Positions 36,802-46,757 of a stretch of 51,742 nucleotides of DNA are shown piece after piece. A program made the position numbers and the translations under genes. Origin of the DNA: Armatimonadota bacterium (GTDB taxonomy: Bacteria; Armatimonadota; SYMT01); contig JBKBRF010000047.1 in NCBI GenBank assembly GCA_046292385.1, forward strand, positions 1 to 51,742, given 5' to 3'. How positions within the stretch are numbered: the stretch's first letter is position 1; each line of letters opens with the position of its first letter. The notes beneath the pieces were generated by a model. That model ran no database searches, was not told the DNA's origin, and saw nothing but the letters and a program-made list of their open reading frames with translations.

Positions 36802-39570
36802 ATGCGTTTTCGATCCGGACTGATCGTCGTCTCTCTCTGTGGGATCTTCGGCCTCGGCGCCGCGCACGCGCTCCCGATGCCCAAGCGATCGGGCTCGAAG
36901 CGGCCCGTCGCCCGGGCGAAGCCGGTCGCGAAGGCGGCCGCCGCCAAACCGGCGCCGCCGGCGCTCAGTTTCGAGCGCGACGTCCGCCCGGTCCTGAAGG
37001 CCTACTGCATCGACTGCCACGGCGGTGAGACGACCGAGGCGAAGCTCGACCTCCGGCTGAAGCGCTTCCTCGCGAAGGGCGGCCACAGCGGACCGGTGAT
37101 CGTGGCGCGAAAGCCGTCGGAGAGCCTGCTGATCAAGCGGATGAAGAGCGGGACGATGCCCCCGGTCGGCAAGAAGGTGCCGCCGGAGCAGATCGCCATC
37201 GTGGAGCGCTGGATCGCCGCCGGGGCGCCGACCGCGCGCACCGAGCCGCTCCAGCTTCCGCCCGGGATCGACATCACCCCGGAAGACCGCGCCTACTGGT
37301 TCTTCCAGCCGGTCCGCCGCCCCACCCCACCCGCGTTCAAGCCGGCCGACCGGGTCCGCACGCCGATCGACGCCTTCGTCCTGCAGCGGCTGCGCGCGAA
37401 AGGGCTCAGCTTCGCGCCGGACGCCGACCGGCGCACGCTGATCCGCCGCGCCACGCTCGACCTGACCGGTCTCGCGCCCACCCCGGCGGAAGTCGACGCA
37501 TTCGTCGGCGATGCCCGCCCGGACGCCTACGAGCGGTTGATCGACCGGCTTCTCGCCTCCCCGCAGTACGGCGAGCGCTGGGGCCGGCACTGGCTCGACG
37601 TGGCGGGCTACGCCGACTCGGAAGGCGACGGCAGCGCCGATTCCCCGCGCCCGTATGCCTACAAGTACCGCGACTACGTGATCCGCTCCCTCAACGCGGA
37701 CAAGCCGTTCGACCAGTTCCTCACCGAGCAGTTGGCGGGTGACGAGCTGGTTCCCCGCCCCTGGACCAACCTGAAGCCGGACCAGATCGAGAAGCTCACC
37801 GCCACCGGCTTCCTCCGCACCGCCGCGCACGTGGGGGGAGACCCCGCTTCCGCCAACCAGGTAGTCGGCGACACGCTCAAGATCGTCAGCTCCAGCCTGC
37901 TCGGGCTCAGCGTCGGCTGCGCGCAGTGTCACGACCACCGCTACGATCCGATCCCGCAGGTCGACTACTTCCGCCTCCGCGCGCTCTTCGAGCCGGCGCT
38001 CAACCCGGCGGCGTGGCGCGGCCCGGCACAGCGGCGCCTCTCCCTCTACACCGATGAAGAGCGCGCCCGCGCCGCCGCGGTGGAGGCCGAAGTGCAGAAG
38101 CTCCAGCAGGCCTACAACGAAAAGCAGGCGCGCCTGGTCGAAACGGCGTTCGAAGCGGAGCTCCAGAAGTTTCCGGCGGAGCAGCGGGAGGCGCTCCGGG
38201 CCGCGGTCAAGACCCCGGACGACCAGCGCACCGCGGAGCAGAAACAGCTCGTCGCAACCAATCCGAAGCTCCTGATCAGCCCCGGCGTGCTCTACCAGTA
38301 CAACCAGGCCGCGGCGGACGAGCTGACCCGGGCCATGGAGGCGATCAACAAGAAGCGCGGTGAGCGTCCGCCGGAAGAATTCGTCAGCGTGCTGGACGAG
38401 GTTCCGGGGCAGGTCCCGACGACCCACCTCTTCCACCGCGGCGACTACCGCGCGCCGAAGGAAGCGGTCACTCCCGGTGACCTGACCATCGCCGCGCCGG
38501 ATGGCGAGCGCCTGGAGATCCCCGCCGACGACGCGAGCCTGCCGACCACCGGCCGCCGTCTCGCCTGGGCGAAGCACCTGACCAGCGGGAAGCACCCACT
38601 TGTCGGCCGCGTCCTGGTCAACCGCGTCTGGCTCCACCACTTCGGGCGCGGCATCGTCGACACCCCCGGCGAGTTCGGTAAGCTCGGCGCGCTGCCCACG
38701 CACCCCGAGCTACTCGATTACCTGGCCTCTCTCTTCACGGAGCGAGCTGCTTCTCACGGAATTGACAGAGAGACAGAGCGACAGAGTGAGGGGGAGAAGT
38801 CTTCAGCGGCAGCGGAGGCTGCCTCCCGGTCGGAGCTCTCGCCGACTCTCCGTCCCTCTGTCTCTCCGTCGAAGCTCGAAGGGCTGGGCTGGAGCTTGAA
38901 GGCGCTGCACAAGACGATCATGCTTTCCACCGTCTACCGCCAGTCTTCGGTCGCGAGTGCGGCGGCGCGGAAGATCGATACGGACGGGTCGCTCTACAGC
39001 CGCTTCTCGGTCCGCCGCCTCGACGCCGAGTCGCTGCGGGACCGGATGCTGCAGGCGGCGGGCCGGCTCGACCCGGCGCAGTTCGGACCGCCGGTGCCGG
39101 TGGTGGAGGATGCGGTCGGCCAGGTCGCCGCGAAGGACGACACGCCGCGGCGGAGCGTCTACCTCCAGGTGCGGCGCTCGCAGCCGATCTCGTTCCTGGT
39201 GGCGTTCGACGCGCCGGTGATGGCGCTGAACTGCGAGCGCCGGCAGACGACCAACTCCGCTCCGCAGGCGCTGATGCTGATGAACAGCGACTTCACCCTG
39301 GCGCAGGCAAAGCACTTCGCGCAGCGGCTCCGGAAAGAGGCGCCGGAAGGCCCGGAGCGGCAGGTCGCGCTGGCCTGGAGCCTCGCCTTCTGCCGGCCGG
39401 TCACGGCGGAGGAGACGGCAGCCTCGGTCGCCTATCTCCAGCGGCAGCAAGAGCTTCACAAAGCCGCGCCTGGGGGCGAGAAGCTGATGCCGGAGCAGAT
39501 TCAGCTCTCCGCACTCACCAACTTCTGTCAGCAGTTGCTCAGCTCCAACGAGTTCCTCTATGTCGACTGA
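36802..39570 (+). CDS. PSD1/planctomycete cytochrome c protein with in-frame hairpin insertion
   Basis: CIDCH; GERWGRHWLDVAGYADS; CAQCHDHRYDP; PTHPELLDYLA, then a ~47-aa insert, then GWSLK; ends NEFLYVD. Confidence 0.9.
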   Translation: MRFRSGLIVVSLCGIFGLGAAHALPMPKRSGSKRPVARAKPVAKAAAAKPAPPALSFERDVRPVLKAYCIDCHGGETTEAKLDLRLKRFLAKGGHSGPVIVARKPSESLLIKRMKSGTMPPVGKKVPPEQIAIVERWIAAGAPTARTEPLQLPPGIDITPEDRAYWFFQPVRRPTPPAFKPADRVRTPIDAFVLQRLRAKGLSFAPDADRRTLIRRATLDLTGLAPTPAEVDAFVGDARPDAYERLIDRLLASPQYGERWGRHWLDVAGYADSEGDGSADSPRPYAYKYRDYVIRSLNADKPFDQFLTEQLAGDELVPRPWTNLKPDQIEKLTATGFLRTAAHVGGDPASANQVVGDTLKIVSSSLLGLSVGCAQCHDHRYDPIPQVDYFRLRALFEPALNPAAWRGPAQRRLSLYTDEERARAAAVEAEVQKLQQAYNEKQARLVETAFEAELQKFPAEQREALRAAVKTPDDQRTAEQKQLVATNPKLLISPGVLYQYNQAAADELTRAMEAINKKRGERPPEEFVSVLDEVPGQVPTTHLFHRGDYRAPKEAVTPGDLTIAAPDGERLEIPADDASLPTTGRRLAWAKHLTSGKHPLVGRVLVNRVWLHHFGRGIVDTPGEFGKLGALPTHPELLDYLASLFTERAASHGIDRETERQSEGEKSSAAAEAASRSELSPTLRPSVSPSKLEGLGWSLKALHKTIMLSTVYRQSSVASAAARKIDTDGSLYSRFSVRRLDAESLRDRMLQAAGRLDPAQFGPPVPVVEDAVGQVAAKDDTPRRSVYLQVRRSQPISFLVAFDAPVMALNCERRQTTNSAPQALMLMNSDFTLAQAKHFAQRLRKEAPEGPERQVALAWSLAFCRPVTAEETAASVAYLQRQQELHKAAPGGEKLMPEQIQLSALTNFCQQLLSSNEFLYVD
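38762..38872. repeat. Intragenic in-frame octamer-repeat hairpin
   Basis: Left arm TTGACAGAGAGACAGAGCGACAGAGTG; right arm CTCTCCGTCCCTCTGTCTCTCCGTCGA (38846-38872). Confidence 0.85.
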
Positions 39571-41011
39571 CCCCCGCTACTACTCCCGGCGCCGGCTGCT
39601 GTCGCAGTCCGCGTTCGGCATCGGCTCGTTCGCGCTCGCGCACCTGCTGCAGCAGGACGGCCTGCTCGCCGCCCCGCCCAAGCCGGCGGAGAACCTGCCG
39701 CTGAACCTGAAGGCGCGGCCGCCGATGTTCGCGCCGCAGGCGAAGGCGATGATCTCGCTCTTCATGCACGGGGGACCCTCGCACGTCGACCTCCTCGACC
39801 CGAAGCCGGATCTCACGAAGCACCACGGGCAGGACTACGGCGGGGACGTCCACTTCAGCTTCGTCAACCGGGCCAGCAAGAAGCTGTTCGGCACGCCGTT
39901 CAAGTTCCAGAAGCACGGGCAGTGCGGCACGGAGGTCTCCGAGCTGCTGCCCCACACCGCCGGTATCGTGGACGATCTTTGCGTCATCCGCTCGATGCAC
40001 ACCGGCCACAACGGTCACGAGGTCTCGATCCGCTACTTCCACGGCGGCATCGCGGGCGTGACCGGCCGCCCGACGCTGGGGAGCTGGCTCGTCTACGGCC
40101 TCGGAAGCCCCTCGCAGAACCTGCCGGCCTACATGGTGCTCTCGGACCCGGGCGGCCACCCGGTCGACGGCACGATCAACTGGTCCAGCGGCTTCATGCC
40201 GCCGCTCTACCAGGGCACGGTGCTGCGCCCGCAGGAGCCGCGCATCCTGAACCTCGATCCGCCGGCGCACCTCCGCGGCGGGATCCAGGAGGACAACCTG
40301 AAGTTCCTGGAAGCCCTGAACCGCCGGCACCTGGCGCGGCATCCGGGAGAGGACGACCTGGAGACGCGCATCTCCGGCTACGAGATGGCCGCGCGGATGC
40401 AGGTGGCCGCCAAGGAAGCGCTCGACGTCTCCGGCGAGCCGGAATACGTCAAGAAGCTCTACGGCCTGGACCAGGAGCACACCCGGGAGTACGGAACGCG
40501 CTGTCTCATTGCGCGGCGGCTGGTGGAGCGCGGCGTCCGGTTCGTGCAGCTCTTCCTCGGCGGCCAGCCGTGGGACAACCACAACAACATCCGGGCGGAG
40601 CTCCCCAACATCTGCCGCCGCACCGACCAGCCCGCCGCGGCGCTGGTGCAGGACCTGAAGCAGCGCGGGCTGCTCGACACCACGCTGGTCCACTGGGGCG
40701 GCGAGATCGGCCGGCTCCCGGTCTGCGAGGGAGACCTGAACGACGTCTCCGGCCGCGACCACAACGGCCAGGGCTTCTCCATCTGGCTCGCCGGCGGCGG
40801 GATCAAGCCCGGCATGACCTTTGGCGCCACGGACGAGGTGGGCCACAAGGCAGTCGAGAACGTCGTCACCCCCAACGACTACCAGGCGACGGTCCTCCAC
40901 CTCTTCGGACTGGACCACGAGCGCCTGGCCTACCACATCAACGGCCGCGACCAGAAGCTCACCGACGGCCGCCCCGCCCGCGTGGTGAAGGAGATCCTGA
41001 AGAGCGCGTAG
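39560..41011 (+). CDS. DUF1501 family protein
   Basis: SRRRLL; HGGPSHVDLLDPKP; WDNH; GRDHN. Confidence 0.92.
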   Translation: MSTDPRYYSRRRLLSQSAFGIGSFALAHLLQQDGLLAAPPKPAENLPLNLKARPPMFAPQAKAMISLFMHGGPSHVDLLDPKPDLTKHHGQDYGGDVHFSFVNRASKKLFGTPFKFQKHGQCGTEVSELLPHTAGIVDDLCVIRSMHTGHNGHEVSIRYFHGGIAGVTGRPTLGSWLVYGLGSPSQNLPAYMVLSDPGGHPVDGTINWSSGFMPPLYQGTVLRPQEPRILNLDPPAHLRGGIQEDNLKFLEALNRRHLARHPGEDDLETRISGYEMAARMQVAAKEALDVSGEPEYVKKLYGLDQEHTREYGTRCLIARRLVERGVRFVQLFLGGQPWDNHNNIRAELPNICRRTDQPAAALVQDLKQRGLLDTTLVHWGGEIGRLPVCEGDLNDVSGRDHNGQGFSIWLAGGGIKPGMTFGATDEVGHKAVENVVTPNDYQATVLHLFGLDHERLAYHINGRDQKLTDGRPARVVKEILKSA

Positions 41012-41040
41012 CGCGGGGGTCTGCGGGGAAGGGCTCGGGC

Positions 41041-41233
41041 CGCCTGCGACTGAAGTCGAGGCTACAGAAAGCGAAGCCCGCCTGCGCGGGCTAAGACTTC
41101 CATCAGCCATCAGCTCCGATCGATGCGGTCACCAGGACGCTGTCGAGGGCTTCAGAAGGCTGGAGGCCGTTTCGACGCTCAGCCCGCGCAGGCGGGCTTC
41201 GCCCTGAGTAGCGTGCGACTTCCAGTCGCACGC
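41041..41233. repeat. Inverted REP doublet (REPIN/BIME-like) between convergent genes
   Basis: Minus-strand copy at 41041-41092 and plus-strand copy at 41178-41233 of AGCCCGCGCAGGCGGGCTTCGC..GTAG..CGACT..AGTCG. Confidence 0.85.
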
Positions 41234-41274
41234 GGCCGGCCGGACGTACGCCCGCCCGCGGCCGGACGCAGCCC

Positions 41275-41715
41275 CTACTCTTCCGGAGACTGGTGCAGCA
41301 CCTGCATCAAGGCGTCGTGAGCCGACGCCAGCTCCGCCACGGCCGTTTCGACGTGCGCCATCTCGTCGGGCGGGAGAAGTCGGCGCATCGGCTCGCAGAT
41401 GAAGGCGGTGCAGCCGAAGGGGCGGAGGTCGCGCGGAAAGCGGCAGCCGGTCGCGCCGAGGTAGTCGCACGGCTCCGCGGCCTCCTCGAGGCCGGCGCGG
41501 GCGGTGGAAAGGATCTCTCCCGCCAGCTCCGGCGCGGCCGAGACGGGAGCGACCTTGAAGCCCAGCTCCTCGACCAGGATCAGGTCTACGGGGCGGATGC
41601 GCGCCGGCTTCCGGCAGCACGGCGTGGCGCAGGCGGCGCAGTGCCGGGCGGTAAACGGGTCAAACAGCGCCCGCAGCCGAAGCTGCGCCCGCCGGTAGCG
41701 CTCCAGAGGGTTCAT
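41275..41715 (-). CDS. Cys-cluster protein (CxxCxxxCC...C...C...C; possible Zn/Fe-S binding, YkgJ-like)
   Basis: HCAACATPCC, PCDYLGATGC, RPFGCTAFIC. Confidence 0.72.
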   Translation of the reverse strand: MNPLERYRRAQLRLRALFDPFTARHCAACATPCCRKPARIRPVDLILVEELGFKVAPVSAAPELAGEILSTARAGLEEAAEPCDYLGATGCRFPRDLRPFGCTAFICEPMRRLLPPDEMAHVETAVAELASAHDALMQVLHQSPEE

Positions 41716-41720
41716 TCTTT

Positions 41721-41898
41721 GGGGCTAGGGGCTAGGGTATAGGGTTTAGGGTGTAAAGGTCCGGTCGGCGCAGTTCATCCAAACCGGTACCGATCGCCGC
41801 AGGGGATCGGTACCGAGCAGAGGGAAGTGCAGGCGTGGCCGTCCACGGATGGCGCACCCCTGCACCCAAAGACCTAGACCCTAGACCCTAGACCCTAG
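41721..41898. repeat. Heptamer-armed hairpin (TAGGGNN / GACCCTA) with internal palindrome
   Basis: GGGGCTAGGGGCTAGGGTATAGGGTTTAGGG (41721-41751) versus tandem GACCCTA units ending at about 41897; internal GGTACCGATC...GATCGGTACC. Confidence 0.82.
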
Positions 41899-42419
41899 AA
41901 TTGAGACGCGGTGCTCCGCAGCCAGGTGTTGATCTGGCGGCAGAGGTCGTCGCCTTCTTTGCCCAGGATGCGGCGCAACTCGCGCTGGTCGACCTTGAGC
42001 AGCGAGTTCCGGGTCTTCTTCACCTCGTGGCGTCCGCGTGCCAGGCGCGCCTCGCGAATCAGTTTCTGGGTGTTGGCCTGCAAGCGCTCCCGCTCTTCCC
42101 GCTTCCGCTCTCGCCGCGGGTGGTAGGTCCGCGGACCGGTGTCCTGCACGGCGTTCTCTTCGATGAAACGCTTCACGTGCTCCCGCGCGAAGATGTTGTC
42201 CGGACGGCTCTCCTCCTCGTTCAGGTCCCGCAGCACTTCCGCGCTGGACCGGAGGCTGGCGCCGATGAAGGCGGCCGGCATGCCGCGCTCCACCAGGTTT
42301 GCGGCCATGTCCCGCAGGCGAGACTGGTCTTCCGCCGCCATCCGCCCCCAGGCGGGGACGTAGCTCTCGATCATCCGGTCCAGATCCTCAGGTACCCGTC
42401 CGCAGTCTTCGTTTCGCAT
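41895..42419 (-). CDS. Hypothetical protein
   Basis: RBS GGAAGGGAG; charged helical sequence; no recognised family. Confidence 0.62.
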   Translation of the reverse strand: MRNEDCGRVPEDLDRMIESYVPAWGRMAAEDQSRLRDMAANLVERGMPAAFIGASLRSSAEVLRDLNEEESRPDNIFAREHVKRFIEENAVQDTGPRTYHPRRERKREERERLQANTQKLIREARLARGRHEVKKTRNSLLKVDQRELRRILGKEGDDLCRQINTWLRSTASQF

Positions 42420-42502
42420 CCAGATCTCCCTTCCGAATACCACTGAGCCGACACTGCATCAATCGAGCGGACACTGTTCGGTAGCTACGCTCTGGGCGTT
42501 TC

Positions 42503-42531
42503 TTGCAGGACTCACCTCCCCTTGCTATAAT
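42503..42531 (+). promoter_or_regulatory. Sigma70-type promoter upstream of the ECF sigma gene
   Basis: TTGCAG-N17-TATAAT with TG extension. Confidence 0.68.
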
Positions 42532-42822
42532 CGATCCACGCTTCCCCGCAGCCGGTTCCCACCTTGGGCGCTTTCGCCCGGCGAATCACCGGCCTGGGGA
42601 GGGGATAGTCCGACCAGTCCTGAAGACTCTTAACGTCTCCGATGGCTGATGCCGCACCGCAAGCCGAATTCCATGGTGGAGCCAAATCTGCTCCTTCCGG
42701 TGGCCGCTGCGGGCGACCTTGTCACCATTATTGTCGGCTGATTGCCCGGACGGCAAACCCACGCGGTTGCCGCAGCCGGAACCGGGTCGTCGTGCCGCGC
42801 GTAAAAACATTTAGAGGTCAGC

Positions 42823-43398
42823 GTGATTACTCCTGAAACCCAGGCCCTCACCCCCTCGGTCTCGATTCCGCAGGACCGCACTCTCAGCGCGGCCGACCGG
42901 AAGCTCTTCGAAGAGCTCTCCGCCCGGCATTATAAGCAGGCGTACCATATCGCGTACCGAATGACCGGCACCCACGCCGGCGCAGAGGATCTCACCCAGG
43001 AAGCAATGGTGCGGGCGTTCCAGTCGTTCCACCGCTACCGCCGGGAGCTCCCCTTCGCCAACTGGCTCTACCGGATCATCGTGAACCTGCATATCGACGA
43101 GCTGCGACGACGGCCTAAAGCGTGGATCGACTCCGTGGACGAGATGCCGGGGCTGATGGAGATCCCGGATGGCAACAGCGATCCCTCGGATCTGGTGCTC
43201 TCCCAGGAAATCGACACGCGCCTCCAACAGGCGTTGAACGCTCTGCCAAAGGACTTCCGCACCGCCGTAGTGCTGTGCGATATCGAAGGCCTTTCTTACG
43301 AAGAGATCGCGGAAGTGATGCGGTGCTCCATCGGCACCGTGCGCTCGCGGATTCACCGGGGCCGCAACCAGCTCCGGAGGTTCCTGGGCGTGTGCTGA
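42823..43398 (+). CDS. ECF RNA polymerase sigma factor (RpoE/SigE-like)
   Basis: AEDLTQE, FANWLYRI, LSYEEIAEVMRCSIGTVRSRIHRGR. Confidence 0.93.
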   Translation: MITPETQALTPSVSIPQDRTLSAADRKLFEELSARHYKQAYHIAYRMTGTHAGAEDLTQEAMVRAFQSFHRYRRELPFANWLYRIIVNLHIDELRRRPKAWIDSVDEMPGLMEIPDGNSDPSDLVLSQEIDTRLQQALNALPKDFRTAVVLCDIEGLSYEEIAEVMRCSIGTVRSRIHRGRNQLRRFLGVC

Positions 43399-43514
43399 TC
43401 CCGACCTTCTAAAGAGAGGTGGTTTCAGCCACCCGGCCAGAGCGTACAACAGGATTACGTTCCTCTTAGGGCGCCCCTTCGCCCGCACACCGAGGTGATC
43501 CAGGAGTCCTTCGG

Positions 43515-44168
43515 ATGCTCTGCAACCGGGTTCAGAACCTCCTCTCTGCCTATATCGACTCCGAGCTCACGGGCCAGGAGATGCTCTCCATCCGCGGCCA
43601 CGTGGAGCGCTGTCCAGACTGCCGTCAGGAGTTGGAGAGCCTGCGCGGCGTGAAGCGGCTCTTTGCTTCGCTCGACACGCCCGCGGCCGTCCCCGCCTTC
43701 TCCATGGAGGCGGTGGAAGAGCGCCTGCGAGAACGCAGCGCCTCGGCGACGGTAGCGCGCGGCTTCGCCCGGCTGGTCCGGCCGCTGAAGACGCTCGCCG
43801 CCTCCGCGCGGCGCGCCGCTTCGTATCGCCTCGCCGGCAGCATGCTCGCGCGGGAAGCGCCGGTACCCCTCATGATGGGTGGAGCCGCCATGCTCGCCGC
43901 GCTCGCCATCGGGGTGATCCAGCAGCCGCAGGCGCCGGACGCCGTGAGCGCGCGGGTGCCGGCCCTGATCGCGGCCGAGCCGGATCCGCACGTGCACTGG
44001 CAGCTCCAGCCGCTGCTGCCGGCGATCGACCCGCACGCGCAGCCGGTCTACTACGACGCGGGACGCCTCCCGCGGCGCCTCCCGCTCGGCTTCACGCCGG
44101 CTCCCGGCGCTCACGCGCTCCGCACCGTCTCCTTCGAACGGTACCCGTCCCACCGTGCACTCCGTTGA
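43515..44168 (+). CDS. Zinc-finger anti-sigma factor (zf-HC2/ZAS)
   Basis: C..VQNLLSAYIDSEL...HVERCPDC; one TM segment. Confidence 0.88.
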   Translation: MLCNRVQNLLSAYIDSELTGQEMLSIRGHVERCPDCRQELESLRGVKRLFASLDTPAAVPAFSMEAVEERLRERSASATVARGFARLVRPLKTLAASARRAASYRLAGSMLAREAPVPLMMGGAAMLAALAIGVIQQPQAPDAVSARVPALIAAEPDPHVHWQLQPLLPAIDPHAQPVYYDAGRLPRRLPLGFTPAPGAHALRTVSFERYPSHRALR

Positions 44169-44182
44169 GAATGTACGGCGGC

Positions 44183-44209
44183 GGAACTCCACGCACGCGG
44201 CTCCGTCTA
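44183..44209 (+). promoter_or_regulatory. ECF sigma promoter upstream of htrA
   Basis: GGAACT-N15-CGTCTA matches the canonical ECF GGAAC-N16-CGTC pattern. Confidence 0.65.
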
Positions 44210-44323
44210 TAAGATCATGTGCGACACGCCTGTGGGCGAGCACGGCGAGCACCCCAGTGAGCTGCTCGACCCGCCCGCAGACCCTGACCTGGCCGTCCTC
44301 TACGGATGAAGAGGTTCGCTTCC

Positions 44324-45898
44324 ATGAGAACAGTGAGAGAGCTCTTGAAGGCTAAGACGAATAACTGGGCAGTCTGCCTGCTGAGCGCCTCGGTGCTCGC
44401 GCTCGCCGTGAGCAACTGGGGGCGCCCGTCCCCGGTCGTGGCGCAGGCCCCGGCAAACGGACCCGTCAAGATGTCCGGCGAGTCCCGCGCGGTGCTGAAC
44501 GCGCTGGAAGACGCCTTTGTCAATATCGCGGACAGCGTGGAGCCGGCGGTGGTGACCATCGAGGCGCGCGCTGAGCCCCCGGCTGCGGGCCGGGAGCGGC
44601 CCGCGCCGGACGGCGGCATGATCCAGGACGACGACGTGCCGGCGCCGTTCCGGGACTTCCTCCGCCGCCTGCCGCAGGGCGGCCCGGACGCACCGCGACC
44701 GCGCGGCGCCTCCACCGGCTCCGGCGTCATCATCCGGCAGAACGGCCGCACCGCCTACGTGCTCACCAACAACCACGTGGTGGACAACCGGGACAAGTTC
44801 CGGGTGACCCTGAGCGACAAGCGGGAGTACCTCGGCACGCTCGTCGGCCGCGATGAGCGGACTGACCTGGCGGTCCTGAAGTTCGAGGCCCGCGAGAACC
44901 TGCCGGCCGGCTCCGTGGCCCGCCTCGGCAACAGCGACGACGTGAAGGTAGGCCAGTGGGCGATCGCCATCGGCAGCCCGCTCGGCTACAAGTCCACCCT
45001 CACCGTCGGCGTCATCAGCGCCCTCGGCCGCGAGCTGAACGGCCTCGGGCCCGGCACCACGAACTACGCCGACCTGATCCAGACCGATGCCTCCATCAAC
45101 CCCGGCAACTCCGGCGGCGCGCTGGTGAACATCGAAGGCCAGGTGGTCGGTATCAACGTGGCGATCGCCTCCAACGGCATGTCGCAGGGCAACATCGGCA
45201 TCGGCTTCGCCATCCCGGTGAATACCGCGCGGATGGTGGCCGACCAGCTCATCACCACCGGAAAGGTGACCCGCGGCTACCTCGGCATCGGCTGCAGCTC
45301 GGATAACCGCGAGCTGGCACATGAGCTGAAGGAGCACCTGAAGGTGCCGAACGGCGGCGCCCTGGCGGAGACCGTCCACCCGAACACGCCGGCCGCGCGC
45401 GCCGGGCTGCAGGACGGCGACGTCATCGTGAAGCTCGGCACCAAGCAGGTCCGCAACTTCACCGACCTGGAGAACGTCGTGGCGTCCACTGCCCCCGGCA
45501 GCACCCTCCCGGCGGAAGTGGTGCGGAACGGCGAGCTGAAGCGGATGAGCATCACGATCGCCCAGCGGCCGTCCGAGAAGGAGCTGCTGCAGGGGCTCAC
45601 TCCCGGCGAGCAGGCGAAGCCGCGCACCGCCGCGCAGGACGTAGTGGAGAGCAAGTTCGGCCTCGGGATCCGCCCCGCGGAGGACGGCAAGGGCGTCGAG
45701 GTGGCGAACGTAGCCCCCGGCAGCTCCGCCTTCGAAGCGGGACTGCGCCCCGGCGACGTGGTGCTGCAGGTCGGCAACACCCCCACCCCTACCCCGCAGG
45801 CCTTCCAGAAGGCGATGGACGGAGTGACAGGTGACCGGGGCGTGGTGATGCGCGTCCGCACTGCGGTGGGCCTGCGGTTCGTCGTAGTGAAGCCGTAA
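44324..45898 (+). CDS. htrA: DegP/HtrA serine protease with two PDZ domains
   Basis: GSGVII, LTNNHVV, TDLAVL, IQTDASINPGNSGGAL; two PDZ domains; alternative start at 44306. Confidence 0.93.
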   Translation: MRTVRELLKAKTNNWAVCLLSASVLALAVSNWGRPSPVVAQAPANGPVKMSGESRAVLNALEDAFVNIADSVEPAVVTIEARAEPPAAGRERPAPDGGMIQDDDVPAPFRDFLRRLPQGGPDAPRPRGASTGSGVIIRQNGRTAYVLTNNHVVDNRDKFRVTLSDKREYLGTLVGRDERTDLAVLKFEARENLPAGSVARLGNSDDVKVGQWAIAIGSPLGYKSTLTVGVISALGRELNGLGPGTTNYADLIQTDASINPGNSGGALVNIEGQVVGINVAIASNGMSQGNIGIGFAIPVNTARMVADQLITTGKVTRGYLGIGCSSDNRELAHELKEHLKVPNGGALAETVHPNTPAARAGLQDGDVIVKLGTKQVRNFTDLENVVASTAPGSTLPAEVVRNGELKRMSITIAQRPSEKELLQGLTPGEQAKPRTAAQDVVESKFGLGIRPAEDGKGVEVANVAPGSSAFEAGLRPGDVVLQVGNTPTPTPQAFQKAMDGVTGDRGVVMRVRTAVGLRFVVVKP

Positions 45899-45919
45899 CC
45901 TGATACGGCAGCACAGCTC

Positions 45920-45953
45920 AACCCCCGGGGGCAGATGCTTCCCGGGGGTTTTT
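45920..45953 (+). terminator. Intrinsic terminator
   Basis: AACCCCCGGG...CCCGGGGGTT followed by TTT. Confidence 0.8.
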
Positions 45954-46017
45954 GATTCGCGGTAGACCTGCGCCGCACTCGTGGAAGCGCAGGACTCGCT
46001 CGCCAGGATGAACGCGG

Positions 46018-46728
46018 ATGCGACGTGAGGCCCGACGACGGCGCTGTGCTATCTGCGGACGCGAGCTGCCCCTCTCCGAGCTGATACCGGGCGACAGCGT
46101 TCGGGAGCCGATCGCCTCCGAGATCCGCGAGCAGTACCCGGAGTGGAGCGCTGCCGGACTGATCTGCGCGCGGGACCTCAATCACTTCCGCACGCAGCAC
46201 GTCCAGCGGGCGCTCGAGGCGGAGCGGGGTGAGTTGACCGCCCTGGAGGCGCAGGTGCTCTCCAGCCTACGGGAAGACGAGACGCTGGCCCGCGACATCA
46301 ACCGGGAGTTCGATCGCGATCTGACCGTCGGCGAGCGGATTGCCGATCGGGTCGCCGAATTCGGCGGCAGCTGGCGGTTCATTCTCAGCTTCGGCGCGTT
46401 CCTGGCGGTGTGGATCCTGGTGAACTCCACCCTGCTCGTGGTCCGCCCGTGGGACCCCTACCCGTTCATCCTGCTCAACCTGCTGCTCTCGTGTCTCGCC
46501 GCCCTCCAGGCCCCGATCATCATGATGAGCCAGAACCGGCTGGAGGCAAAGGACCGGCTGCGGGCGGAAAATGACTACCGGGTGAACCTGAAGGCGGAGC
46601 TGGAGATCCGCAGTCTCCACGCCAAGCTCGACCTCCTTCTGTCTCACCAGTGGCAGCGTCTGCTGGAGATTCAGGAGATCCAGACGGAGATGATGGAAGA
46701 GCTGGTCGCAAAGCAAAGTAACCGTTAG
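46018..46728 (+). CDS. DUF1003 membrane protein
   Basis: [44 protein letters not shown]. Confidence 0.9.
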   Translation: MRREARRRRCAICGRELPLSELIPGDSVREPIASEIREQYPEWSAAGLICARDLNHFRTQHVQRALEAERGELTALEAQVLSSLREDETLARDINREFDRDLTVGERIADRVAEFGGSWRFILSFGAFLAVWILVNSTLLVVRPWDPYPFILLNLLLSCLAALQAPIIMMSQNRLEAKDRLRAENDYRVNLKAELEIRSLHAKLDLLLSHQWQRLLEIQEIQTEMMEELVAKQSNR

Positions 46729-46757
46729 GCCGCGAACTGCAGAGGAGCTCCGCTCGA

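Noticed and set aside
42745..42790. GGCAAACC resembling a c-di-GMP-I riboswitch
   Set aside because: The GNRA-capped P2 and the downstream GCAAAG/P3 elements are missing.
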